Positions 16,540 through 25,122 of a stretch of DNA of 47,690 nt are shown piece after piece. The notes under the pieces are model-generated. The model did not search any database. It worked only from the letters and a program-made list of their open reading frames with translations, and was not told where the DNA came from. The position numbers and the translations under genes are program-made. The stretch's first letter is position 1; the number at the start of each line of letters is the position of its first letter. Source of the stretch: Taibaiella soli (GTDB taxonomy: Bacteria; Bacteroidota; Bacteroidia; Chitinophagales; Chitinophagaceae); contig JBEBVQ010000001.1 of the NCBI GenBank assembly GCA_040392625.1, positions 1 to 47,690 on the forward strand, written 5' to 3'.

Positions 16540-18903
16540 ATGACATTAAATCCGACTTCCGTCTCATTCAAGCTGGATGACGGCCGGGAAGTAATTATAG
16601 AAACGGGCAGGCTTGCCCGCCAGGCCGATGGCGCCGTTACGGTGCGTCTGGGCAAATGCATCCTGCTGGCAACCGTTGTTGCCAACAACGAACCCAAACC
16701 CGGCCAGTCTTTTTTTCCGCTGACAGTAGATTACCAGGAAAAATTCGCATCTGCCGGACGTATCCCTGGCTCGTTCTTTAAAAGGGAAGGCCGGCTGAGC
16801 GACTCCGAGGTGCTGATCTCACGCCTGATCGACCGTGCGCTGCGTCCGCTGTTTCCTGAAGATTATTATTGTGATGTCCAGGTGATCGTGACACTTATTT
16901 CTTCTGATCCCGAAGTAATGCCCGATGCGCTGGCCTGCCTGGCGGCTTCTGCAGCCCTGGCCGTATCGGATGTTCCCGTACAGGAAATCATTTCTGAAGT
17001 GCGTGTGGCGCGTATCAACGGGCAATATGTGATCAATCCCGGTCGCACGCAGTTGAAAGAAGCCGATATGGACTTTATCATCGGCGCTACCGGTAAGAAT
17101 ATTATGATGGTGGAAGGCGAGTCGAAAGAGTGCCAGGAAGAAGACCTGATCACAGCGATCGAAACCGCGCATACAGCGATCAAGGTACAGATCAAAGCCC
17201 AGGAAGATCTGCGCGCAAAAGTAGGTGTGCAGGGCAAAAGGGAATATGTCCGGGCAACGGAAAACGAAGAACTGAAACAGCGTGTCGAAGCTTTTGCAGC
17301 GCAGAAGGTACTGGATATTGCGAGGGGCGCGTTTCCCAAGCACGATCGCAGCCAGGCGTTTAAAGACCTGGAAACCGCGCTGATGCTTCATCTGGCAGAA
17401 GGGCTTCAGGAAGGAGAAGCATTGCCTGATGAAACACGCAGTTTTGCCAAAAAATATTTTGAAGACCTGCAGTATTATACCGTGCGCAACATGATCCTCG
17501 ATGAAAGCCGCCGGCTCGATGGCCGGAAGCTGGATGAGGTGCGCCCGCTGAATATGGAAGTGGACTTCCTGCCTTCGCCGCATGGCGCTGCATTGTTTAC
17601 CCGTGGTGAAACGCAGTCGCTGACCACTGTGACACTGGGCACAAGCGAAGACGAACTGCTGGTGGAAACAGCCGCTACTTCCGACTATACTAAATTTTTC
17701 CTCCATTATAATTTTCCCCCGTTCTCTACGGGTGAAGTGAAGTTCCTTCGTGCGCCCGGCCGCCGCGAAGTGGGGCACGGTAACCTGGCCAAGCGTTCGT
17801 TAGCGCAGATGATGCCGGGTGATGATTACCCTTATACGGTACGTGTGGTTTCCGATATCCTGGAATCCAACGGATCTTCTTCCATGGCTACCGTATGCGC
17901 TGGCTCACTCGCGTTGATGGATGCCGGTGTGCCGTTCCCCAAGCATGTGGGCGGTGTGGCAATGGGGCTGATCTCACGGGCTTCCGACGGTAAATGGGCA
18001 GTGCTCACTGATATCCTCGGGGATGAAGATCACCTCGGTGATATGGACTTTAAAGTGACCGGTACGAGAGAAGGTATTTGCGGCATCCAGATGGACATCA
18101 AAGTGGATGGCCTGAGCATGGATGTAATGCGCCAGGCGCTTGAGCAGGCGCACCGTGGCCGGCAGCATATACTCGATGCGATGTATAATTGTATCCCGGC
18201 GCACCGTCCGGAACTGAAGCCGCATACACCACGGGTTGAGCAGATCATTATCGACGCCGAATTTATAGGCGCTGTGATCGGCCCCGGCGGTAAGATCATT
18301 CAGGAAATACAGCGTGAAACCGAAACCACCATTTCTATCGAAGAAAAAGATCAGAAAGGGTATGTTAAGGTATTCTCAGCCAATAAGGATGGTATCGATA
18401 AAGCGATGGCCCGCATTAAGGGGATCGTGGTTGTACCTGAGATCGGCGCCGAGTATGAAGGCACGGTGAAGTCAATTATGCCATTTGGTGCGTTTATAGA
18501 ATTCCTCCCCGGAAAGCAGGGGTTGCTGCATATTTCGGAAGTGAGCTGGAAGCGCCTTGAGAACCTTGATGGCGTACTCGTCGAAGGAGATAAGGTTAAG
18601 ATCAAGCTGGTGGGTACAGATCCGAAGACCGGCAAGCTCCGGCTGAGCCGCAAGGTGCTTATGCCGAAGCCTGAAGGTTATGTGGAGCCTGAAAAGCGTG
18701 AGCGTCCCGAGCGCCCTGAGCGGCGGCGCGACGGCGACCGTGATCGCGGCAGAGGCCGTCGTGAAGACGGTGGTGATCGACATGCCAGGAATAATAATAA
18801 CAACCGCGCAGATCATTCCGATAAAGAAGAAACGTCACAGTCACAAGCGCAGCCCGGCGCCGCAAGCGCCCCTGCCGATGATGATGCAGATCTTGCATTG
18901 TAA
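16540..18903 (+). CDS. pnp: polyribonucleotide nucleotidyltransferase (PNPase) with an extended charged C-terminal tail
   Basis: Two RNase PH domains, then KH (IIDAEFIGAVIGPGGKIIQEI) and S1 (GTVKSIMPFGAFIEF..GLLHISE). ATG 16540 is preferred over TTG 16516, which lies in the terminator T-run. Confidence 0.95.
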   Translation: MTLNPTSVSFKLDDGREVIIETGRLARQADGAVTVRLGKCILLATVVANNEPKPGQSFFPLTVDYQEKFASAGRIPGSFFKREGRLSDSEVLISRLIDRALRPLFPEDYYCDVQVIVTLISSDPEVMPDALACLAASAALAVSDVPVQEIISEVRVARINGQYVINPGRTQLKEADMDFIIGATGKNIMMVEGESKECQEEDLITAIETAHTAIKVQIKAQEDLRAKVGVQGKREYVRATENEELKQRVEAFAAQKVLDIARGAFPKHDRSQAFKDLETALMLHLAEGLQEGEALPDETRSFAKKYFEDLQYYTVRNMILDESRRLDGRKLDEVRPLNMEVDFLPSPHGAALFTRGETQSLTTVTLGTSEDELLVETAATSDYTKFFLHYNFPPFSTGEVKFLRAPGRREVGHGNLAKRSLAQMMPGDDYPYTVRVVSDILESNGSSSMATVCAGSLALMDAGVPFPKHVGGVAMGLISRASDGKWAVLTDILGDEDHLGDMDFKVTGTREGICGIQMDIKVDGLSMDVMRQALEQAHRGRQHILDAMYNCIPAHRPELKPHTPRVEQIIIDAEFIGAVIGPGGKIIQEIQRETETTISIEEKDQKGYVKVFSANKDGIDKAMARIKGIVVVPEIGAEYEGTVKSIMPFGAFIEFLPGKQGLLHISEVSWKRLENLDGVLVEGDKVKIKLVGTDPKTGKLRLSRKVLMPKPEGYVEPEKRERPERPERRRDGDRDRGRGRREDGGDRHARNNNNNRADHSDKEETSQSQAQPGAASAPADDDADLAL

Positions 18904-18925
18904 ATACTACGCTTGTAGTAAAATG

Positions 18926-18958
18926 AAAAGCCACCGGAATCATCCGGCGGCTTTTTTT
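18926..18958 (+). terminator. pnp intrinsic terminator
   Basis: AAAAGCCACCGG..CCGGCGGCTTTTTTT: a 10-bp stem with one mismatch, then T7. Confidence 0.8.
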
Positions 18959-19120
18959 ATGATGCAGGGGGCTGCGTCGTTATTAGCTACAGGCCGGAAT
19001 GATCACACGCTTCTAAATGTATTATTAAATATATTATGGATAATGTAAATAAAAACAGATTGTACGGTACGCACGCTGTCTTTTTATTTCCTAACTTTAT
19101 GCTACCATAATCCGAAAGAA

Positions 19121-19964
19121 ATGAGCAAAGAAAACGCTATAAAAATATTTGAACAGAAACAAGTCCGCACACATTGGGACGAAGAACAGGAAGCGTGGTA
19201 TTTTTCCATAATTGACGTGATTGAAATTCTGACGGGAAGCAGTATCCCCAAACGGTATTGGAGTGACTTGAAAAAGAAACTAACCAAAGAAGGAAGTCAG
19301 TTGTACGAAAAAATCGTACAACTGAAATTTGAGGCAGCAGACGGGAAAAAATATGCTACGGATTGTTTGGACACACAGGATTTACTAAGGCTTATACAAT
19401 CAATTCCGTCGCCCAAAGCAGAACCGTTTAAGCAATGGTTAGCAAAAGTAGGTTACGAAAGGATGCAGGAAATTGCCGACCCGGAACAAAGCCTGGACAG
19501 AGCAAGGGAAAACTGGCAAAAAGCGGGCAGGAGCGAAAAGTGGATACAGCAACGTATGTCGGGGCAGGAAACCCGGAACAAGCTTACCGATTATTGGAAA
19601 CAAAGCGGGCGTTGAGCAATCAGACGAATTTGCCTTCCTTACCAATATCATTCATCAGGAATGGACAGGAATGACTGTAAAGAAACACAAGGATCTGAAA
19701 GGGTTAAAAACTCAAAATCTGCGTGATCATATGAGCGAAGCAGAACTGATTTTCACAGCATTGGCAGAGCTTTCAACCCGGCAAATTGCAGAAACTGAAA
19801 AAGCAAAAGGTCTGCAGCAAAACGCAATAGCAGGTAAAAAAGGCGGAGCAGTAGCAAAAATTGCAAGAAAGGAACTTGAAAGCAGAACCGGACAAAAAGT
19901 TATGACATCAGAAAACTTTTTACCACTACCAGCCGAACAGAAAAAGCTAAACAAAAAGAAATAA
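19121..19964 (+). pseudogene. Bro-N / DinD-like (DNA-damage-inducible protein D-like) gene with a 1-nt frameshift near 19610
   Basis: Track ORFs 19121-19615 and 19473-19964 are two halves of one protein. The first ends ..KLTDYWKQSG(R*). The next frame continues VEQSDEFAFLTNIIHQEWTGMTVKKHKDLKGLKTQNLRDHMSEAEL. The N-terminal part (VRTHWDEEQEAWYFSIIDVIEILTGS) is Bro-N-like. The C-terminal part resembles the E. coli DinD C-terminal region. Confidence 0.55.
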
Positions 19965-20195
19965 CAGCCTTAACGTCATTTTTTCATTTCTATTCGTTAA
20001 GGGAATGTTAAACATTGGTTTTCTGATCTAAAATGCAAACCTTTTGTTAATACTTCCTGTCCTTATATAGAAAGGGTCTTTAAGATAATATCGGGTAAAA
20101 GAAGCTCAATGCTTATATTGATATTTGTTTGGTATTATGAAAAGATTATTTACCTTTCATATCAAATCGTTCTTTAAACTCAAAAAAGTTTGCCT

Positions 20196-20669
20196 ATGTT
20201 ATTCTCAAGAACTTACCGGTATCAGTCCGCTATGCCAATGGAGGACATCAGAACCCGCCTGGTGGGCAAGCGTGTCAAAGTGCATAACCTGGACTTTGAA
20301 GTGATGGAAAAGGACCGGCAGCTTAAGATCATTCCTCATGCGGAGCAGATAGATACGCTGAAAACGCTGCCTATCACGCACATCCGTTTCAATAACGGTA
20401 AAGGGGACAAGACGCAGATAGTGATCAGCTCGAAGATGCGGAGGATAGACCAGGGAGGGCCGTTGCTGATTGTTATTTTCTGTACGTTTATGTTGCTCGC
20501 TGGTATGATCGGTGTTCTTGCCGGTCACCAGGAGTATGCTATCTACATCTATACTTTTCTCGGCCTCGGTCTGCTGATCTTTACAATTTTCTGGATGCGT
20601 ATGCAGACAGGATATTTCGATTATATCCGCAAGCTCCGTGATTACGTAAAGAAAGAAAGTGTAGCGTGA
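20196..20669 (+). CDS. hypothetical membrane protein (two C-terminal TM helices)
   Basis: The ORF starts at 20190 (TTG) or 20196 (ATG). It has a soluble N-domain followed by LLIVIFCTFMLLAGMIGVLAG and IYIYTFLGLGLLIFTIFWM helices. I recognise no family. Confidence 0.5.
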   Translation: MLFSRTYRYQSAMPMEDIRTRLVGKRVKVHNLDFEVMEKDRQLKIIPHAEQIDTLKTLPITHIRFNNGKGDKTQIVISSKMRRIDQGGPLLIVIFCTFMLLAGMIGVLAGHQEYAIYIYTFLGLGLLIFTIFWMRMQTGYFDYIRKLRDYVKKESVA

Positions 20670-20672
20670 ATT

Positions 20673-20743
20673 AATTATGAGTGATGAGTTATGAATGATG
20701 AATTCACACACAATTCATCATTCATAACTCATCACTCATAATT
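20673..20743. repeat. family B heptamer-built perfect palindrome (32-bp arms, 7-nt loop); likely bidirectional terminator
   Basis: 20673-20704 (AATT ATGAGTG ATGAGTT ATGAATG ATGAATT) is the exact reverse complement of 20712-20743. It lies between convergent genes. Confidence 0.9.
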
Positions 20744-20759
20744 TTCAATTTTCCATTCA

Positions 20760-21353
20760 TCATTCAATGTACCCCTTCAGGCTGTCTATGCCAACCGGCC
20801 CTGTAAATGAACGCATCAGTTTTCGTTCATGATCATAAATATTGATTTGCGGCAGCGATTCATATCTAAATGTCTTATCAATAAACTGCGCACTGTCCAC
20901 ACCCATAATTATGGTTTGGGGAAACGCATCCACATGCCGTCCGTTATTGAAATATTCCAGGTAAGGAAGCATTTGATGTCCTGCCATCAGCACCAGCTTG
21001 CTGTTATGGAAAAGGGATATATGCTGTATGAATAAGTCCGTCTGATCTTCGCAATGCCCGCAGGTGGGGTTAAACATCATCACAAGCAGATTGGCTTTGT
21101 TGTTCAGATCCTGATCTGTGACAACTGTGGTTTCTGCAGTGGTTGCTTCCTTTTTTTGCCGGACCGGCGCTTCGCCGGTAAACACAGGCGTAATCAGCCG
21201 GATGGCCGGCATCGGCGCCCCGGCCTGTTTATAATCTATGGATGTTGTGTCTTCTGTGCGCAAACTGCCGGATGTTGCAGTTTTCGCCTTTTTTTGTGCA
21301 GCGGCAAAAAAGAAGCTGCAGAGGAACGACAGTATTAGTAATTTGCATTTCAT
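20760..21353 (-). CDS. thioredoxin-fold protein (TlpA/AhpC-TSA-like, secreted)
   Basis: 197 aa with signal peptide MKCKLLILSFLCSFFFAAAQ and CxxC motif NPTCGHCEDQ. Confidence 0.7.
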   Translation of the reverse strand: MKCKLLILSFLCSFFFAAAQKKAKTATSGSLRTEDTTSIDYKQAGAPMPAIRLITPVFTGEAPVRQKKEATTAETTVVTDQDLNNKANLLVMMFNPTCGHCEDQTDLFIQHISLFHNSKLVLMAGHQMLPYLEYFNNGRHVDAFPQTIIMGVDSAQFIDKTFRYESLPQINIYDHERKLMRSFTGPVGIDSLKGYIE

Positions 21354-21370
21354 GGAGTACGAAGATATTA

Positions 21371-21463
21371 TTTTAATTAGCTGATATGATAATTAGCTGA
21401 TTAACTAATGTCTGTTGCGAGAAGTCATTTGCACATCAGCTAACCAGCACATTGGCTCATTAA
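21371..21463 (+). repeat. family A element, copy A2
   Basis: The 48-nt core 21396-21443 matches the reverse complement of 27348-27395 at 42/48 positions (hand alignment). Confidence 0.8.
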
Positions 21464-21477
21464 TACAAAACTACATT

Positions 21478-22752
21478 ATGTCTGTAACATCACCCAATAC
21501 CCCTTTGGCGGAGCGTATGCGCCCGCAGTCACTTGAAGATTTCATCGGGCAGGAGCACCTGGTCGGGCAGGGGAAAGTACTGGAACAAATGATCCGGAAC
21601 CGGTCGGCACATTCCATCTTGTTCTGGGGCCCTCCCGGCGTAGGTAAAACCACATTGGCGCAGATCATAGCCCGTTCGCTGGGTATGATCTTTTTTACCC
21701 TTAGCGCCATAGACAGCGGTGTGAAAGAGGTGCGCAGCGTAATCGAGCAGGCACGTAAGGCCGGACATGCGCTTCTGTTTATCGATGAGATACACAGGTT
21801 CAATAAGGCCCAGCAGGACAGCCTGCTGGGCGCTGTGGAGAAAGGCATCATTACTCTGATAGGAGCCACGACGGAGAATCCGTCGTTTGAGGTGATCAGC
21901 GCCCTGCTCAGCCGTTGCCAGGTATATGTATTACAACCGTTGACGGAAGATCATATGCAGGCGATCGTCAGGCAGGCAATGGAGCAGGATGCATGGCTCC
22001 GGTCGGCAGGGAAAGAGGTGACAGAGTGGAGTGCCCTGCTGCAACTGAGCGGCGGCGATGCGCGGCGTCTGCTCAACCTGCTGGAGCTGGTTGTTTCTGC
22101 CATGCCAGCGGATGAAAAGCAGATTACCGATCAACTGGTACAGGATATCGTGCAGCGTAAAATGGCATTGTACGATAAAACGGGCGAGCAGCATTATGAT
22201 ATTATTTCGGCGTTCATCAAATCCATACGGGGCAGCGATCCCAATGCTGCTGTGTATTATCTTGCCCGGATGATAGAAGGCGGGGAAGATCCTAAGTTTA
22301 GTGCCCGCCGGCTTGTGATCCTGGCCAGTGAAGATATCGGCAATGCAAACCCTAATGCGCTGCTGCTGGCCACAACTACCTTTCAGGCGGTGGAGATGAT
22401 CGGATGGCCGGAAAGCCGGATCATCCTCTCCCAATGCGTAACGTATCTGGCATCATCACCCAAAAGTAACGCTGCCTATATGGCGATCAACAATGCGCAG
22501 GCGCTGGTGGGTAAAACGGGCGACCTGTCCGTGCCGTTGCACATCCGCAACGCACCGACAAAGCTGATGAAAAAAATGGACTACGGAAAGGGATATAAAT
22601 ATGCTCACGATTTCCCGGGGAATTTTACGGATCAGGAATTTTTGCCGGAGAAAATATCCGGAACAAAATTGTACGATCCCGGTAATAACGTTGCTGAAAA
22701 CCGCCTGAGAGAATATCTGCGTCAATGCTGGAAAGACAAGTACGGCTATTGA
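21478..22752 (+). CDS. rarA: replication-associated recombination protein A (AAA+ ATPase)
   Basis: Walker A GPPGVGKTT, Walker B LFIDEIHRFNK, and the MgsA C-terminal region (YDIISAFIKSIRGSDPNAAVYYLARM). ATG 21478 is preferred, because the 21415 start reads through a repeat element. Confidence 0.9.
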   Translation: MSVTSPNTPLAERMRPQSLEDFIGQEHLVGQGKVLEQMIRNRSAHSILFWGPPGVGKTTLAQIIARSLGMIFFTLSAIDSGVKEVRSVIEQARKAGHALLFIDEIHRFNKAQQDSLLGAVEKGIITLIGATTENPSFEVISALLSRCQVYVLQPLTEDHMQAIVRQAMEQDAWLRSAGKEVTEWSALLQLSGGDARRLLNLLELVVSAMPADEKQITDQLVQDIVQRKMALYDKTGEQHYDIISAFIKSIRGSDPNAAVYYLARMIEGGEDPKFSARRLVILASEDIGNANPNALLLATTTFQAVEMIGWPESRIILSQCVTYLASSPKSNAAYMAINNAQALVGKTGDLSVPLHIRNAPTKLMKKMDYGKGYKYAHDFPGNFTDQEFLPEKISGTKLYDPGNNVAENRLREYLRQCWKDKYGY

Positions 22753-22832
22753 CCAGTACTGCAATTTCCCCGCTATCCTGTGCATGGCATTGTTTTTTTA
22801 TTCCTTTTTGAGGTAACCAAAAATCAATAATC

Positions 22833-23399
22833 ATGAAACAGTTCATTTTAGGGACAGTCGTTATGGTAGCCATAACAGGTATGGTAGCATGTGACAATGC
22901 CAATAACACTGATAGTAAGGATCTTGCAGAAGATATCAATGAGCGTAAGCTGGACCATACCATGCTGGAGGATGACGCGGAATTTGCCGTATGGGCTGCA
23001 GATGAAGGGCTTACAGCCGTCCGGCTGGGAGAGCTTGCGGCTGCGCGGGCCGATAATCCGGAGGTGAAGCAACTGGCAGCATCCATTGTCGGGGATCATA
23101 CGAAAGCAATAGATGAGTTGCAGTCACTTGCGGAAGCAAAAGGTATCACATTGCCTGTAGTGCCTGGTAATGAGAACCAGAATGATTATGACAGGATCGC
23201 TGCCAAAACCGGCGCTGATTTTGAAAAAGAATACATTGATTATACCGTCCGTGAGCACAAAAAACTGGTAGAAAAATACCAGGATGAAGCCGATGATGCC
23301 GGCGACCCGGATGTGCGTTCGTGGATCAATGCTAAATTACCCGTTTTACAGGAACATCTGCAACAGGCAGAAGCAACTCAGGAAACACTGAAGAAATAG
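22833..23399 (+). CDS. DUF4142-family lipoprotein
   Basis: 188 aa with lipobox ITGMVAC. DAEFAVWAADEGLTAVRLGELAAARADNPEVKQLAASIVGDHTKA matches my recollection of the DUF4142 pattern. Confidence 0.7.
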   Translation: MKQFILGTVVMVAITGMVACDNANNTDSKDLAEDINERKLDHTMLEDDAEFAVWAADEGLTAVRLGELAAARADNPEVKQLAASIVGDHTKAIDELQSLAEAKGITLPVVPGNENQNDYDRIAAKTGADFEKEYIDYTVREHKKLVEKYQDEADDAGDPDVRSWINAKLPVLQEHLQQAEATQETLKK

Positions 23400-23439
23400 G
23401 TGCGGGTATTGTTGTTATTATAGAATAATTATAGAATAG

Positions 23440-23477
23440 ATTAGCCAATGTATCCCGGGAGCATTGGCTAATTTTTT
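23440..23477 (+). terminator. hairpin plus T-run after the DUF4142 gene (arms use the family A word ATTAGCCAATG)
   Basis: ATTAGCCAATG (23440-23450) pairs with CATTGGCTAAT (23462-23472), then TTTTT. Confidence 0.7.
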
Positions 23478-23484
23478 ACTTTTA

Positions 23485-23512
23485 AAATGTGTTGAATGTG
23501 CTCAACACATTT
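23485..23512 (-). terminator. 11-bp-stem hairpin downstream of the DUF4476 gene
   Basis: AAATGTGTTGA (23485-23495) pairs with TCAACACATTT (23502-23512). Confidence 0.5.
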
Positions 23513-23563
23513 GTCACATCAGAAAAATTAAATTATGACCAGCCAGTTCATTGAAAAAACGTT

Positions 23564-24502
23564 TTACCGCACCATTTGCAGGAAATGAGACTTCCATGCC
23601 TCATCGCTGAATAATGCACTCAGGCTGCTGAATGAAGACTGGTCAGTAATACGCGGGTACACTTTTTTTAGCCAGGAATACCGGGCCGCATTACTCTCCA
23701 TTGTCTGGACAAGCAGCGCAGCCTGTTCCGTAGAATAGCAGATATTCAATTGGCTGTTCAGATATCCCAGCCTGGCTTCTTCTGTAGGATAAGTCAATGT
23801 TTTCCTGTAGATGGACTGTGCACGGGCTTCGGTAACCGGTTCGGGGCAATCGCTGTTGGGAATTGCATCGCTGCCGGTGTCCGCAGTGAGTTTAGGATCC
23901 CGCCGGACGGTATGCTCGTTATAAAGTTCAATATCGTCGAGGAATTGTGGTGTTCCCGGAGGCAGAGGCGGCGCCTGCTTTTTATCCGGCGTTTCCCGGC
24001 GCACGGTTTCTTTTTTTGGTTTTGTTTCTTTTGCAGGGGTCACTACTGATGCTGTTGCAGGGGCAGGTTCTTCCCGGTAAGTAACGGGTGTATAGGCCAC
24101 ACCCTGCGCAGGCAGTTGGTCGTCTGCAGCATCGTTCCCCGGCTGCAGGTAAAAGCCCTGCTGCAGATCAAACAGGGCAAAGCCTTCCGTGCGTTTTGTC
24201 AGCAGGAAGCTCCGGTTCCCATTCTCAGGTACTTTGATCCGGAATGCATGCGCCGGATAAGCATTTTGCTGAAAGAGTATTTCCAGATTAATGATGCCCG
24301 GCTCCAGGCGGGAGATGATTGCGTGATTCTTCCCATATCGGGGCAGCATTTCGCCTTCCAGCTTTACATAAAAAGGAATGGATTTATCTCCCTGTATATA
24401 GACATATGAATAATCCTGGGCAGAAGAGGGCGACATCCCGAAAAAAAGCAGAATGACCAGGATGAAAAAAATGTACACAGTTTTTATTAGGTTCTTGCTC
24501 AC
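23564..24502 (-). CDS. DUF4476-domain protein (secreted)
   Basis: 312 aa with a signal peptide and a Pro/Lys-rich linker. The C-terminal CPEPVTEARAQSIYRKTL..EEARLGYLNSQL...FSSLSALF segment resembles DUF4476. GTG start 18 nt after the upstream stop. Confidence 0.55.
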   Translation of the reverse strand: MSKNLIKTVYIFFILVILLFFGMSPSSAQDYSYVYIQGDKSIPFYVKLEGEMLPRYGKNHAIISRLEPGIINLEILFQQNAYPAHAFRIKVPENGNRSFLLTKRTEGFALFDLQQGFYLQPGNDAADDQLPAQGVAYTPVTYREEPAPATASVVTPAKETKPKKETVRRETPDKKQAPPLPPGTPQFLDDIELYNEHTVRRDPKLTADTGSDAIPNSDCPEPVTEARAQSIYRKTLTYPTEEARLGYLNSQLNICYSTEQAALLVQTMESNAARYSWLKKVYPRITDQSSFSSLSALFSDEAWKSHFLQMVR

Positions 24503-24520
24503 ATTATACCCTTTGTGTCG

Positions 24521-25021
24521 TTATTCCAGTTCAATCAGCACGGCGCCTTTTTCCACTGCTGTCTGTGCTTCTACTCTTACCGATTTTACGGTGGCATCTG
24601 CGCCGGCCTTAAGTACATTTTCCATTTTCATGGCCTCCAATACCAATAGCCCGTCGCCTTTGCGGATCTGCTGGCCCGGCGTTACGAGTACTTTCAGCAC
24701 CATGCCCGGCATGGGCGCTTTTATGGGTTCCACCTGCTGCATAGCCTTCAGGTCCATCCCCATGCTGCTGAGCAATTGGTCGATCGGCTCGCTGATGCTT
24801 ACCTCATATATCTGGCCGTCAATGCGAAGCGTCAACGTTTTATTCTTGATGTCCTTTTTTTCAAGGATGGCAGTATGACTTTTGCCATTATGAATGATGC
24901 TGATCAATCCGTTGGCCTGCCACTGAATATCGCAGTCTGCAGGCACATTATTGAGTATGAACTGCTCTTCGTTTTTATCTGCTGTAAAAGTGCTGCGTTC
25001 ATTTACCGTTATCTGTAACAT
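24521..25021 (-). CDS. biotin/lipoyl-attachment (biotin carboxyl carrier-like) protein
   Basis: 166 aa with the C-terminal biotinyl motif LLVLEAMKMENVLKA. Confidence 0.8.
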   Translation of the reverse strand: MLQITVNERSTFTADKNEEQFILNNVPADCDIQWQANGLISIIHNGKSHTAILEKKDIKNKTLTLRIDGQIYEVSISEPIDQLLSSMGMDLKAMQQVEPIKAPMPGMVLKVLVTPGQQIRKGDGLLVLEAMKMENVLKAGADATVKSVRVEAQTAVEKGAVLIELE

Positions 25022-25077
25022 GGAGTATTTCTATTGTGAAGTGGAGCAGTAAAAGTAAATAATCCTTCAGGTCTCCG

Positions 25078-25114
25078 TTTCCAAATTTTCAAATTGCCTC
25101 ATTTTCAAATTGCG
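25078..25114 (-). repeat. family C A/T-rich repeat (two copies of ATTTTCAAATTGC)
   Basis: Identical 13-mers at 25085-25097 and 25101-25113, in the gap between the CCG-protein stop and the biotin-carrier start. Confidence 0.7.
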
Positions 25115-25122
25115 GTGAAAGA

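Noticed and set aside
16819-17778. Other long antisense ORFs: 268-969 (+), 12395-12964 (-), 13087-14103 (-), 16819-17778 (-), 25189-25992 (+), 30321-31484 (+), 45212-46069 (-) and 46225-47046 (-)
   Set aside because: I checked the phase of seven of them against the overlapping genes (serine hydrolase, Smr, pnp, the CCG protein, guaA, gldE, crp). All seven are codon-aligned shadows of strongly supported genes. They are a by-product of codon usage, not overlapping genes. I did not check the phase of 12395-12964, which overlaps rdgB, but it shows no domain signature.
18960-20670. Prophage or integrative element around the Bro-N/DinD-like gene
   Set aside because: There is no integrase, recombinase, structural gene, tRNA target or flanking direct repeat. 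Only a single disrupted gene and one hypothetical membrane protein are present. I keep it as a low-interest remnant finding rather than calling it a mobile element.
21415-21477. Longer rarA N-terminus (MREVICTSANQHIGSLIQNYI) from the ORF track
   Set aside because: These codons are the translated family A repeat. RarA homology begins at MSVTSPNTPLAERMRPQSL (ATG 21478).
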